A stretch of DNA of 64,000 nucleotides from Hylemonella gracilis (GTDB taxonomy: Bacteria; Pseudomonadota; Gammaproteobacteria; Burkholderiales; Burkholderiaceae_C), in NCBI GenBank assembly GCA_945862005.1, contig CAMAWQ010000001.1, positions 3,160-67,159 on the forward strand, written 5' to 3'. A model generated the notes under the pieces. The model searched no databases. It was not told the origin of the DNA and saw only the letters and a list, made by a program, of their open reading frames with translations. Below, in pieces: positions 1 through 10,200 of the stretch (position 1 is the first letter of the stretch; every line of letters begins with the position of its first letter). The position numbers and the translations under genes were made by a program.

Positions 1-684
1 ATGCGGCCTATGCCGGGCAACCCGTTGATTTTGATGCCGGACTTTTGGCGTTGCAACATGAGCTTGTGGCGCGACCGCTTGGGCCAAATTTCTTTGGCTA
101 CCACCACCTTGTTTTGGGGGGTGAGCGGTAATTTGCGCTACATCGTGTTGGCGTGGGCGGCAGCGGCTTTGGGGTACAGCGTCACCCAAGCGTCTTCTTT
201 GGTCGGAGTGGTAGCCATTGGCACGGCGGTAGGTGCGGTGGTGGCCTCCATGCGCATGCGTTTAGAGCACGCCACTTTGGTCATGCCCTTGGGTATCGGC
301 ATGGGGCTGTTGGTGATTTTGCTGAACTTTATCGACAACGTGTGGCTGGCCGCACCCTTTTTGGTGCTGCTTGGGGGCTTGGGAGGATTTTTAGTGGTGC
401 CCATGAATGCGCTGTTGCAACACCGCGGCCACAACCTGATGGGCGCCGGGCGCTCTATTGCGGTGCAAAACTTTAACGAGCAAGCCTGCATCTTGGCCTT
501 GGGCGGGCTTTACACCTTGTCTACGGGCTTGGGGCTTTCGGCCTTTGGAGCCATCACCGCTTTTGGTTTGGTGGTGGCCTCGTGCATGTGGCTGATTCAG
601 CTGTGGCATGCGCGCAACCTGCGCGTGGATGGTGCAGAGGTGCAGCGTTTGCTGGACATTGCCCGCCAAGACGACAGCCACTGA
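1..684 (+). CDS. lplT: Lysophospholipid transporter LplT (MFS), 5' end outside the window
   Basis: Hydrophobic ORF open from the window edge, with LplT-type motifs (GTTLFWG-like TTTLFWGVSGNLR; VVPMNALLQHRGH; GRSIAVQNFNEQ). Confidence 0.8.
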   Translation: MRPMPGNPLILMPDFWRCNMSLWRDRLGQISLATTTLFWGVSGNLRYIVLAWAAAALGYSVTQASSLVGVVAIGTAVGAVVASMRMRLEHATLVMPLGIGMGLLVILLNFIDNVWLAAPFLVLLGGLGGFLVVPMNALLQHRGHNLMGAGRSIAVQNFNEQACILALGGLYTLSTGLGLSAFGAITAFGLVVASCMWLIQLWHARNLRVDGAEVQRLLDIARQDDSH

Positions 685-690
685 CGCGCT

Positions 691-1581
691 TTGGCTTCTG
701 TTCACACTTGGGCCGCCCTAGGCTTGCTCTTTAACGCCTTGGTGTGGGGCCTGTCTTGGTGGCCCCTGCGGGAACTACAAGCCCTTGGCGTTCACCCTTT
801 GTGGGCTACGGCCTTTATTTTTGGTGTAGCTTGGTTGGGGTTGCAACTGGCAGGGCGCGTGCCATGGACTCAACTGCTGCGCGACCCGTGGATGTGGTGC
901 TTGATGGTGGCCGCGGGCTTGACCAACGCGGGCTTTAACTGGGCCGTCACCACAGGTGATGTGGTGCGGGTGGTGTTGCTTTTTTACGTGATGCCGGCTT
1001 GGAGCGTGGGGCTGTCTTGGCTTTTGTTGCGTGAAGTGCCCAGCTGGGCTGATCTGTCTCGGCTTGTATTGGCCATGGTGGGTGTGGTGGTGGTGCTTAA
1101 AGAGCCCGGCGTGGCCTGGCCCATTCCCCAAAACCTCGCCGACTGGCTGGGTTTGGGCGCAGGCTTCTGTTTTGCCCTCACCAACGTCACCCTGCGCAAA
1201 CTGCGCGATGCGCCCGACCGCGCGCGGGTCAGCGCCATGTTTGTGGGCGGGGCAGCGTCTGCTTTGCTGCTGGCCTTGTTGATGTCGTCCTCGGTGCCCT
1301 GGCCTCCCGCGCTAGAGACTTCTTGGGTGATTTATGTGTTGGCTTTGGCCGTGTTGTTTTGGTTGTCCAACCAAGCGCTCCAGCTGGGTGCCACGCAGCT
1401 GCCACCGCACATCACCGCCTTGTTGATGCTGACCGAAGTGGTGTTTGCCAGTGTGTCTTCGGTGTGGTGGGGTGCGGCCGAGTGGTCCACACGCACTTGG
1501 GTGGGCGCCAGCTTGATTGTGGTGGCCTCGGTTTGGGCGGCCTGTGGAACCAGGTCTAAGGCGTCTAAAGCAGAAGCTTAG
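691..1581 (+). CDS. DMT/EamA family transporter
   Basis: About 10 TM segments in two EamA-like halves (NALVWGLSW; LLFYVMP...LLRE). TTG start is uncertain. Confidence 0.8.
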   Translation: MASVHTWAALGLLFNALVWGLSWWPLRELQALGVHPLWATAFIFGVAWLGLQLAGRVPWTQLLRDPWMWCLMVAAGLTNAGFNWAVTTGDVVRVVLLFYVMPAWSVGLSWLLLREVPSWADLSRLVLAMVGVVVVLKEPGVAWPIPQNLADWLGLGAGFCFALTNVTLRKLRDAPDRARVSAMFVGGAASALLLALLMSSSVPWPPALETSWVIYVLALAVLFWLSNQALQLGATQLPPHITALLMLTEVVFASVSSVWWGAAEWSTRTWVGASLIVVASVWAACGTRSKASKAEA

Positions 1582-2843
1582 TGATGCGCCTTTAGGCGTT
1601 CATCCACCAATTCCACCCAGTGCTTCACAGGCAGCGAGGTGCCCGATTGCAGGTGGGTGATGCAGCCTATGTTGGCCGACACCACCACCTCAGGTTGCAA
1701 GCTCGAGAGTTGCGCCAACTTGCGGTCGCGCAGGGTTTGCGCCATCACCGGCTGCAGCACCGAGTAGGTGCCCGCAGACCCGCAGCACAAATGCGATTCG
1801 CCGCGGCTAAGGTGCACATCTAGTCCTAGGGCTGTGAGCAATTGCTCGACCCCGCCACGCATCTGCTGCCCGTGCTGCAAAGTGCAAGGCGGGTGGTAGG
1901 CCACCCGCTGCGATGGGCCCAAACTTTTACCTTGATTTTGTTGAACCAAGCTTGTGAGCTCTGGCATGTGCGTCAGCAGGACCTCGCTCAGGTCTTTCGT
2001 GATGCGGCTGATGCGCTGGGCCTTTTGGGCATAGCTGGGGTCGTCTTTGAGTAAGTGGCCGTAGTCTTTAACCATCACCCCGCAACCGGAGGCGTTCATG
2101 ACCAAGCACTCCACCCCCGCTGAGCCATCCACGGGCTCTACCCAAGGCCACCAGGCGTCAATATTGCGCCGCATTTGGTTGAGCGCGGCGGGCGCGTCGT
2201 TCAAATGAAACTTTAAAGCGCCGCAGCAACCGGCCTCTGACGCCACCACGGTTTGTACGCCCAGCGCGTCCAGCACGCGCGCGGTGGCAAAGTTGACGTT
2301 AGGCAGCATGGCGGGCTGCACACACCCGGCCAGCATGAGCACCTTGCGGTTATGTTCGGTGGTGGGCCATAGGCCGCTGTCTTGGGCCTGGGGCACTTTG
2401 GCTTTGAGGCTGTCTGGCAAATAGCGGCGCACCATTTGGCCGAGCTTCATGGCGGGGGCAAACAGGGGTGAGGTGAGCCCCGTTTTCAAGGCCCAGCGCG
2501 TGAGCTGCTCGCCCACAGGGCGCTGTACTTTGTCTTCCACAATGCTGCGGCCAATGTCCAGCAAATGGCCATATTCCACGCCCGAGGGACAGGTGGTTTC
2601 GCAGTTCCGACAGGTCAGGCAGCGGTCTAGGTGTTGCTGGGTTTTGCGGGTAGGTTCTGCCCCTTCGAGCACTTGTTTGATGAGGTAGATGCGGCCGCGT
2701 GGGCCGTCGAGCTCGTCACCCAGCACTTGGTAGGTGGGGCAGGTGGCGGTGCAAAAGCCGCAATGCACACACTTGCGCAATATGGTTTCTGCTGTTTGCC
2801 CTTGGGGGGTGCCTTGAAACTCTGGGGCCAAATGGGTTTGCAT
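1578..2843 (-). CDS. glcF: Glycolate oxidase iron-sulfur subunit GlcF
   Basis: Two CxxCxxCxxxCP 4Fe-4S motifs (CVHCGFCTATCP, CLTCRNCETTCP) plus two CCG domains. Directly downstream of glcE. Confidence 0.93.
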   Translation of the reverse strand: MQTHLAPEFQGTPQGQTAETILRKCVHCGFCTATCPTYQVLGDELDGPRGRIYLIKQVLEGAEPTRKTQQHLDRCLTCRNCETTCPSGVEYGHLLDIGRSIVEDKVQRPVGEQLTRWALKTGLTSPLFAPAMKLGQMVRRYLPDSLKAKVPQAQDSGLWPTTEHNRKVLMLAGCVQPAMLPNVNFATARVLDALGVQTVVASEAGCCGALKFHLNDAPAALNQMRRNIDAWWPWVEPVDGSAGVECLVMNASGCGVMVKDYGHLLKDDPSYAQKAQRISRITKDLSEVLLTHMPELTSLVQQNQGKSLGPSQRVAYHPPCTLQHGQQMRGGVEQLLTALGLDVHLSRGESHLCCGSAGTYSVLQPVMAQTLRDRKLAQLSSLQPEVVVSANIGCITHLQSGTSLPVKHWVELVDERLKAHH

Positions 2844-2883
2844 GGTGGTGGGGGCTTAAATGAGCGCTTTAAGTTTTTGTGCT

Positions 2884-4011
2884 TTAAAGGTCTGAATACA
2901 AACGACCGGGATTGAAAATTCCGGCCGGATCAAACGCCGCCTTGATGTGGCGGTGCAATTGGTCAAGCGGCGGGGTTAACGGTTGCAGCGCTGGGGCTTG
3001 CATGCCGCCCTCGGCTTGTCGCCTAAACAGGGTGGAAGAGCCATGCGCTTTGGTGGCGGCTTCGCGAATGGTGCGGGCGGCGGCTTGGGGTGCCCACACC
3101 CAGCGCAGGCCACCATGCCACTCAATCAGCTGGGGGAATTCGCTCAACATCACGCCCGTGGTGGGCGGCACGCTGACGCGCCACAGCCATTGGTCTTCAG
3201 GGGCTTGTGCAAATATAGGCAAACGGTGGTCGGCGCAAGCGCGCCAGTCGGCCGCCGCCACTTGGGCGTCCATGCGATGACCGGTTTTGTCTTTGAGCAT
3301 GCGCACACACGCGGCTTCTACCGCGGCTTGAGCGCCACGCAATCGCACGAAGAGTTTGGGCGTGTCGTCTTCCACCCAGCAGCTGGCGTTGATGGGCAAG
3401 GGCTGACCGCACCAGCGGTTGATTTGCTCCAGCGCCAGGGCCTGCGGCAACTCAAACACCAAAGTGGCATCGGCCACCGGAACGGGCAACACTTTGAGCG
3501 AGACCTGGGTAATGAGCCCCAAAGTCCCCCAACTGCCCGCCATGAGGCGGCTGATGTCATAGCCCGCCACGTTTTTCATGACCTGTCCGCCAAATTGCAG
3601 GTGTTCGGCCTTGCCGTTGACCATGTGCAAGCCCAGCACAAAGTCACGCACTGCGCCCACTGAGGCTCGGGCAGGCCCGCTCAAACCCGCGGCGACCATG
3701 CCGCCAAGGGTAGACGTGTTGCTAGACATACTTTTGGCCACCCCAAAATGCGGCGGCTCAAAGGCTAAATACTGCCCACTTTGGGCCAAGGTGTCTTCAA
3801 CTTCCGGCAACGGCGTGCCCGCTAAAGCGGTGATGACCAGCTCGCTGGGTTCGTAGCTGACGATGCCGCTCAGCCCCAAGGTGCTGAGCGCCTCGCCCTG
3901 CACGGGTTGGCCATAAAAGTCTTTGGTGCCACCGCCTTGGATGCACAAGGGGCGGCGCTGGGAATGGGCAGAGCGAACCTGCTCAATCACATGGTGCAAA
4001 ACGGTTTCCAT
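2884..4011 (-). CDS. glcE: Glycolate oxidase FAD-binding subunit GlcE
   Basis: GGGTK, YEPSELVITA, GGQVMKNVAGYD and FDPAGIFNPGR motifs. Start trimmed to the ATG at 4011 because the longer ORF runs into the amtB terminator. Confidence 0.9.
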   Translation of the reverse strand: METVLHHVIEQVRSAHSQRRPLCIQGGGTKDFYGQPVQGEALSTLGLSGIVSYEPSELVITALAGTPLPEVEDTLAQSGQYLAFEPPHFGVAKSMSSNTSTLGGMVAAGLSGPARASVGAVRDFVLGLHMVNGKAEHLQFGGQVMKNVAGYDISRLMAGSWGTLGLITQVSLKVLPVPVADATLVFELPQALALEQINRWCGQPLPINASCWVEDDTPKLFVRLRGAQAAVEAACVRMLKDKTGHRMDAQVAAADWRACADHRLPIFAQAPEDQWLWRVSVPPTTGVMLSEFPQLIEWHGGLRWVWAPQAAARTIREAATKAHGSSTLFRRQAEGGMQAPALQPLTPPLDQLHRHIKAAFDPAGIFNPGRLYSDL

Positions 4012-4050
4012 TGCATCTATCGTAACGCCTCTGTTCATTGAGCGCACCCA

Positions 4051-4087
4051 ACAAAAAACCCGCCCAAACCGTGAGGCCTGGGCGGGT
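4051..4087 (-). terminator. Rho-independent terminator after amtB
   Basis: Stem ACCCGCCCA/TGGGCGGGT followed by TTTTTTGT on the minus strand. Confidence 0.75.
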
Positions 4088-4115
4088 AAGGCTTTAGGTA
4101 GAACCGATGAACAAC

Positions 4116-5672
4116 TTAGCGGTTGTAGGCCGTCTCGCCGTGAGAAGAGATGTCCAAACCTTCGCGCTCTTCCTCTTCAGACACGCGCAGGCCAATGGTC
4201 AGGTCTACAATTTTGAACGCCAAGAATGACACCACACCCGACCACACGACGGTGATGAGCACCGCTTTGAGCTGGGTCCAGACTTGAGCTGCAATGGAAT
4301 AGTCGGCAGCGCCCACCACACCGGCCGTGACCCAGTCACCCACAAAGCTAGGACCACCCAGTGCGGGGCTGTTAAAAACACCGGTCAACAAAGCGCCCAC
4401 AATGCCGCCCACACCGTGCACACCAAACACGTCGAGTGAGTCATCTGCGCCCAGCATTTTCTTGAGGCCATTGACGCCCCACAAGCATGCAAAGCCCGCC
4501 ACGAGGCCGATGATCAAAGCACCACCCACACCCACGTTACCGGCTGCTGGGGTAATGGCCACCAAACCAGCCACAGCACCCGAAGCGGCACCCAACATGG
4601 ACGCTTTGCCGCGCATGAGCGCTTCACCCACACACCATGCCAACACAGCCGCAGCAGTGGCACCAAAGGTGTTGATAAAGGCCAGTGCCGCAGTGCCATT
4701 GGCTTCCAAGGCGGAGCCGGCGTTGAAGCCAAACCAACCCACCCACAGCAGAGAGGCTCCTACCATGGTCATGACCAAATTGTGAGGCGCCATGGCTTCT
4801 TTGCCATAACCAATGCGTTTGCCCACCATGTAAGCACCCACCAAGCCCGCCACAGCGGCGTTGATGTGCACCACGGTACCGCCGGCAAAGTCCAGCGCGC
4901 CGGTCTGCCAGATAAAGCCTGCTTTGGCATTCATGGCGTCCACCACCTCTGCAGCGGTGTAGGCATCAGGGCCCATCCAGAACCACACCATGTGGGCTAT
5001 TGGGGCGTAGCTGAAGGTGAACCACAACACCATAAACAAGAGCACGGCAGAAAACTTCATGCGCTCGGCAAACGCGCCCACAATCAGTGCGCCTGTGATG
5101 CCGGCAAACGTGGCTTGGAAAGCGGCAAACACGATTTCAGGAATCACCACGCCTTTACTGAAGGTGGCGGCGTTGGCAAACGTACCTGCAGTGTTGTCCC
5201 AAATACCGGCCAAGAACAGGCGGTCAAAGCCACCAATAAAGGCGTTGCCTTCGGTGAACGCCAAGCTGTATCCGTAGATGAACCACAGCACCACAATCAG
5301 CGAGAAGCTCACCATCACCTGCATGAGCACCGACAGCATGTTTTTGCTGCGCACCAAGCCACCGTAGAACAGGGCCAAGCCTGGCACGGTCATCAAAATC
5401 ACCAGCAAGGTGGCCACCAGCATCCAAGCGGTGTCCCCCTTGTTGGGTGCAGGTGCCGCAGCCGCTTCAAAGGGAGCGGTTTCTGAAGACGCGGTCGTTG
5501 AAGCAGGTGCAGCCGCAGACTTCGCCTCGGTAGTTGAAGCCTTAGCCTCGGCGGCTGGGGCCTTGGCTTCGGTTACGGCAGGGGCTGCAGCTGGTGAGGA
5601 TTGAGCCCAGGACATGCTGGCTCCAACCAGCAGGCTCAGTCCAAGCGTTAGGGAGATGAGAAGTTTTTTCAT
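4116..5672 (-). CDS. amtB: Ammonium transporter AmtB
   Basis: GDTAWML, DFAGGTVVH, WFGFNAGS and DDSLDVFGVHG motifs. Signal peptide and Ala-rich linker at the N-terminus. Follows glnK. Confidence 0.96.
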   Translation of the reverse strand: MKKLLISLTLGLSLLVGASMSWAQSSPAAAPAVTEAKAPAAEAKASTTEAKSAAAPASTTASSETAPFEAAAAPAPNKGDTAWMLVATLLVILMTVPGLALFYGGLVRSKNMLSVLMQVMVSFSLIVVLWFIYGYSLAFTEGNAFIGGFDRLFLAGIWDNTAGTFANAATFSKGVVIPEIVFAAFQATFAGITGALIVGAFAERMKFSAVLLFMVLWFTFSYAPIAHMVWFWMGPDAYTAAEVVDAMNAKAGFIWQTGALDFAGGTVVHINAAVAGLVGAYMVGKRIGYGKEAMAPHNLVMTMVGASLLWVGWFGFNAGSALEANGTAALAFINTFGATAAAVLAWCVGEALMRGKASMLGAASGAVAGLVAITPAAGNVGVGGALIIGLVAGFACLWGVNGLKKMLGADDSLDVFGVHGVGGIVGALLTGVFNSPALGGPSFVGDWVTAGVVGAADYSIAAQVWTQLKAVLITVVWSGVVSFLAFKIVDLTIGLRVSEEEEREGLDISSHGETAYNR

Positions 5673-5696
5673 GGCGTGATCTTTGATGGGTAGGTG

Positions 5697-6041
<345 letters not shown>

Positions 6042-6085
6042 TCAATGCTCCTTTTAAATACATTGTCCAGACACTCACCTTTTAA

Positions 6086-6100
6086 GCAGTATTTGTGCCA
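6086..6100 (-). promoter_or_regulatory. sigma54 (-24/-12) promoter of glnK-amtB
   Basis: Minus strand TGGCAC-AAATA-CTGC versus consensus TGGCAC-N5-TTGC. Confidence 0.75.
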
Positions 6101-6158
6101 AGTGCCTATGGCTGAGTATTGGGTTTTGACGGTTGAATTCTGTAAAAGCTTTGACTGG

Positions 6159-6175
6159 TGCCCCAACTTGGCGCA
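6159..6175. promoter_or_regulatory. NtrC binding site
   Basis: TGCCCCA-ACT-TGGCGCA versus consensus TGCACCA-N3-TGGTGCA, about 60 bp upstream of the sigma54 promoter. Confidence 0.65.
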
Positions 6176-6267
6176 CATCTGTGACGCATCAGGAGGTTTT
6201 CCAAAATGGGTTGTCGGTTCAGTTACTGGTTTTGCACAAAAATAGTGCGGTTTTGAATTTGGCAAAC

Positions 6268-6293
6268 AAAAAAGCCCCCAATCGGGGGCTTTT
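6268..6293 (-). terminator. Rho-independent terminator after the TorF-family gene
   Basis: AAAAGCCCCC-AATC-GGGGGCTTTT hairpin with a T-tract on the minus strand. Confidence 0.8.
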
Positions 6294-6310
6294 GGTCAAG
6301 GTGTGTGTAA

Positions 6311-7114
6311 TCAAAAGGAATATTTGATACCAACCAATGCTGCATTGCCAGCTAAGAAGCGGTTCAATTGACTGTTGGCTGAACTGGGAGTGGTTTGATA
6401 AAACTGCTTTTCCGTTGCAGAGGTTCCAAGCGCAGTGACATAAGCTGTCAAACCTTTTCCGAAGTCCTTGGTCAAGGTCAATGAATAGTCGTTGTAATCG
6501 GCAGCGTTGCCAACAATCGATTCGAAGCTTTGATTTGGTATCGTTTGACGACCAATGTGAGGCGTCAGGCTGAGCCCGTTCCCCAAATCAAACGTGGCTG
6601 ATAAGTCAAAGTATCGGCTTCCATTGGAGTTGAGGTTACCCAAGAAGTCACCAACACTTTGGAAATATTTGGCTGTAACCACACCATAAGTCATACCTAC
6701 ATAAAACTCTTTGGTATCGGCGTTTGAATATCCGGCGGTAACACCTGAGTTATTACCAGGGTAGTTGTAAGTGATCACTCCTAGGTCATAAGTCACATCT
6801 TTGATCAACTCACCTTTGTAACCACCATAAACATCAATCTCATAATCGCCTGTCGTAGCTTGGTTAAAGTCTTTGATCCAAGTCACATTGGTTGCAAATG
6901 CGCCCAAATAAAAGCCGCTCTTGTGTGCATAGTCCAGGCCTGCCTGAATGGCCGGCTTGCCCGAGGTTTGCTCAATCGCTCGATAACGGTACTGGGAAAC
7001 AACGCCAACGTTGTAAGTGAGTGAGTTTTCTGGCTGAGGGGCTGTTTGAGCAATGCTTGTGAAACTTGAAATCGCAAAAGCTGTAGCCAAGGCAATTTTT
7101 GATTGGATGTGCAT
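6311..7114 (-). CDS. TorF-family putative outer membrane porin (glnK-amtB associated)
   Basis: Signal peptide, NVGVVSQYRYRAIEQT and YEIDVYGGYKG motifs, C-terminal aromatic KYSF. Usual position upstream of glnK. Start set at MHIQSK after AAAGGA. Confidence 0.85.
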   Translation of the reverse strand: MHIQSKIALATAFAISSFTSIAQTAPQPENSLTYNVGVVSQYRYRAIEQTSGKPAIQAGLDYAHKSGFYLGAFATNVTWIKDFNQATTGDYEIDVYGGYKGELIKDVTYDLGVITYNYPGNNSGVTAGYSNADTKEFYVGMTYGVVTAKYFQSVGDFLGNLNSNGSRYFDLSATFDLGNGLSLTPHIGRQTIPNQSFESIVGNAADYNDYSLTLTKDFGKGLTAYVTALGTSATEKQFYQTTPSSANSQLNRFLAGNAALVGIKYSF

Positions 7115-7147
7115 GATTATTCCTTTACGTTGAAAAGCTAACAGACT

Positions 7148-7163
7148 TGCAACATATGTGCCA
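7148..7163 (-). promoter_or_regulatory. sigma54 promoter of the TorF-family gene
   Basis: Minus strand TGGCAC-ATATG-TTGCA, a perfect consensus match. Confidence 0.85.
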
Positions 7164-7219
7164 AAAATCAATGCAGCTCTGACTTGGTCAATATTTTTTC
7201 TTACTCAAAGCCCTTAAGC

Positions 7220-7235
7220 ATGTATATATATACAG
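7220..7235. promoter_or_regulatory. LexA (SOS) box upstream of comM
   Basis: ATGTATATATATACAG, one mismatch to CTGT-(AT)4-ACAG, 36 bp before the comM ATG. Confidence 0.7.
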
Positions 7236-7271
7236 TATGCTAGATGGTAGTTTTTTTGACTGGGGCGTCCG

Positions 7272-8873
7272 ATGGGTCTTGCATTTGTAAAAAGCCGGGT
7301 TTTGGTGGGGCTTGAAGCCGTTGAGGTGACTGTGGAGGTGCATTTAGCCAATGGCTTGCCCAGCTTTACGCTGGTGGGTCTGGCGGATGTAGAAGTCAAA
7401 GAGGCTCGCGAGCGGGTGCGCTGCGCCATTCAAAACTCGGGGCTAGAGTTTCCCAACAACAAGCGCATCACCGTGAATTTGGCACCGGCGGACGTGCCCA
7501 AAGACTCTGGCCGCTTGGACTTGGCCATCGCCTTGGGCATTTTGGCGGCCAGTTCTCAAGTGCCCGCCGAACAACTGACAGGCTTTGAGTTTGCGGGGGA
7601 GTTGTCATTGTCTGGCGAATTGCGTCCGGTACATGGGGCCCTTGCCATGGCTTTGGCCATGCAAACAGGCAACGTCAAGAACCAACCCCAACTGGTGTTG
7701 CCCCCCAAAAGCGCCGAAGAAGCCGCCTTGGTGCCCGATGCTCAGGTGTACAGAGCAGCCCATCTAACAGATGTGGTGGCTTATTTGAATGAGGCTGGCA
7801 GCAAGCAGGCCGACACAAGTACTCCCAATAACGCCCATTCAAACCCCAACACCAACCCCAACTCAGCTTTAACCCCAAATGGTTGGGCTCGGCTGGCTCC
7901 CGCCACCTACCCCACCAGCGCACCGCTAGGCGACTTGTCAGAGGTCAAAGGACAAGCCGCGGCCAAACGAGCTCTAGAAATTGCCGCGGCTGGCGGGCAC
8001 CATGTGTTGCTCAGCGGGCCGCCTGGGTCGGGCAAGTCAATGTTGGCACATCGCTTTGCAGGGCTTTTGCCTCCAATGGCTACGCAAGAAGCCTTACAAA
8101 GCGCCGCCCTGGCCAGCCTCACCGGCACGTTAAAACTAGAGACTTGGGGGGCGCGGCCAGTACGCAGCCCTCACCACACGGCCAGCGCGGTGGCTTTGGT
8201 GGGTGGCGGCGTGCCGCCGCGGCCGGGCGAGATTTCGCTGGCGCACCATGGCGTGTTGTTTTTGGACGAGCTGCCCGAATTTCCCCGCACCGCGCTAGAG
8301 GCCTTGCGTGAGCCCCTTGAAACGGGGTACATCAGCATTGTTCGGGCGCAGCGACGCGCCGAATTTCCGGCGCGGTTTCAGCTGATTGCCGCCATGAACC
8401 CCTGCCCCTGCGGGTACTACGGGTCGGGGCACGCTCCTGCCCCGCTACAACGCAGCTGCAAATGCACTCCCGACCAAATCAGCCGCTACCAAAACCGCTT
8501 AAGCGGCCCGCTGATGGACCGCATTGACCTTCATGTCCAAGTGGCCGCACTGCCGCCAAATGAGCTGATTCATGCGCAGGCGGGCGAATCCAGCGCCGCG
8601 GTGCGAGCGCGTTGTGTGCAGGCGCGCGCTGCCGCCATGGACCGACAAGGCTGCGCCAACCAAGCTTTGGCTGGGGCGCAGCTTGAAGTGCAGTCCCACT
8701 TAGACCCCAAAGCCGCCGATTTTTTAAAAGCAGCAGCAAGCAAATTGGGCTGGTCAGCTAGGGCCACAAACCGCGCGCTCAAGGTGGCGCGCACCATTGC
8801 CGACTTGGCCCAAAGCGCCACCACACAAGTACCCCATGTGGCGGAGGCCATGCAATACCGCTTGGCGGCTTAG
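7272..8873 (+). CDS. comM: YifB/ComM family Mg-chelatase-like AAA+ ATPase
   Basis: VEVHLANGLPSF, RITVNLAPAD, Walker A GPPGSGKS, RSPHHTAS, GVLFLDELPEF and NPCPCG. Confidence 0.92.
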   Translation: MGLAFVKSRVLVGLEAVEVTVEVHLANGLPSFTLVGLADVEVKEARERVRCAIQNSGLEFPNNKRITVNLAPADVPKDSGRLDLAIALGILAASSQVPAEQLTGFEFAGELSLSGELRPVHGALAMALAMQTGNVKNQPQLVLPPKSAEEAALVPDAQVYRAAHLTDVVAYLNEAGSKQADTSTPNNAHSNPNTNPNSALTPNGWARLAPATYPTSAPLGDLSEVKGQAAAKRALEIAAAGGHHVLLSGPPGSGKSMLAHRFAGLLPPMATQEALQSAALASLTGTLKLETWGARPVRSPHHTASAVALVGGGVPPRPGEISLAHHGVLFLDELPEFPRTALEALREPLETGYISIVRAQRRAEFPARFQLIAAMNPCPCGYYGSGHAPAPLQRSCKCTPDQISRYQNRLSGPLMDRIDLHVQVAALPPNELIHAQAGESSAAVRARCVQARAAAMDRQGCANQALAGAQLEVQSHLDPKAADFLKAAASKLGWSARATNRALKVARTIADLAQSATTQVPHVAEAMQYRLAA

Positions 8874-8904
8874 AGTGCGAGCCCTGAACCTCAAGCCCTA
8901 AACC

Positions 8905-10155
8905 TCAAGCCGAAAACGCCTTAACCAAGTCCTCGCGGCGGCTGAGCGCACTCGCAAAGTAAAAGCCTTCGGCCACCAACACCACCCCGCCCAGCACAAT
9001 CACCCAAGCCGAACCTAAGGCGGCTACCAGGCTTGCGGCCAGCACCACGCCCACCGACTGCCCTAAAAACAAACCGGCCGCAAACAATGAAACACCTGTG
9101 CCCCGCGCTGCGGGTGCCATTTGGGTGGCATTGGCCTGCATGGTGTTGTGGAACATAAAAAACCCAAACCCGCTTACGAGGCAAGCAGGCGGCGCCAGCC
9201 ACCACACCTCAGTCCACGCCACCACCAAGGCGCATGCGCCCATCAGCACCACGCCGACGCGCGTGAGGCCCGCTTCGCCCAGCCGCGGAATCAACCATTT
9301 GGCCAACATCATGTACAACACCCCGCCCACGCCAAACATGGCGACGGTGGCGCCAGATGCCGTGAGCGACAAACCCAAAGAGGTGTGCAGGTGCGAAGCC
9401 CAAATAGCCAACACGCCAAAGCCAGCGGCCCCTTCAACCACCGCCACAGTCAGCACAATGCGCGACCAAGGTGCGGTGACAATCATGCGCACTTGATCGA
9501 GGTAGCTGGCCAGCATGCGGTCGGGTGCTTGCTCCAAATCGGCAGGGGCCACAGGCCGCGCAGGCTGGCGTCGCTGGTCGCGAATGAGCAGTACACCCAC
9601 CACGCCAAACAGCACGGCCATAAAGACAAAGGCCCAGCGCCACCCCACGGTGTCGGTGAACAACCCTCCCAAAAGCTGCCCGCCCACAATGCCCAAAGTG
9701 GTGCCCACACCCACGCGCGCCAGGGTGAACTGGCGCTCCTCGTAGGTCACATGGTCGCCCACCCACGCCATACCTAGAGGAATAATGGCCGCTGCCGCCA
9801 AACCGGTGAGCACCCGAGCCACCACCAGCCAGCCCAGGCTGGGCGCCAGCACCGACAACACGCACCCCACACTGCAGCACAAGGTGGCCACCGACACGAT
9901 GCGGTACTTGCCTACGCGGTCACCAATAGGACCATAAATGAGCTGCGACACGCCATAAATCACCGCAAAAAAGGAAATCACATGAGCGGCTTGGGCCAAG
10001 CTGGTGTCAAACACCCGCGCCAACTCAGGCAGCATGGCATCGCACAAGCGCTGCACCGCCATGCTGGCAAAGGTGGCAAATGAAAGCAGCAGTATGGAAT
10101 GGCGCGTGGACGCGGACAGGGTGGCAGGCGCAGACGCCTCGGGCAAAGAACTCAT
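8905..10155 (-). CDS. MFS transporter
   Basis: About 12 TM segments, MFS motif A (GPIGDRVGKYR) and GWRWAF. Confidence 0.85.
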   Translation of the reverse strand: MSSLPEASAPATLSASTRHSILLLSFATFASMAVQRLCDAMLPELARVFDTSLAQAAHVISFFAVIYGVSQLIYGPIGDRVGKYRIVSVATLCCSVGCVLSVLAPSLGWLVVARVLTGLAAAAIIPLGMAWVGDHVTYEERQFTLARVGVGTTLGIVGGQLLGGLFTDTVGWRWAFVFMAVLFGVVGVLLIRDQRRQPARPVAPADLEQAPDRMLASYLDQVRMIVTAPWSRIVLTVAVVEGAAGFGVLAIWASHLHTSLGLSLTASGATVAMFGVGGVLYMMLAKWLIPRLGEAGLTRVGVVLMGACALVVAWTEVWWLAPPACLVSGFGFFMFHNTMQANATQMAPAARGTGVSLFAAGLFLGQSVGVVLAASLVAALGSAWVIVLGGVVLVAEGFYFASALSRREDLVKAFSA

Positions 10156-10200
10156 GGCCTTAGTGTCGCAGGTCGTGCATGGCCACTCATGCCCAACTCA

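Noticed and set aside
1578-4011. Absence of glcD next to glcEF as a novelty
   Set aside because: glcD may simply lie elsewhere in the genome, which this window cannot show.
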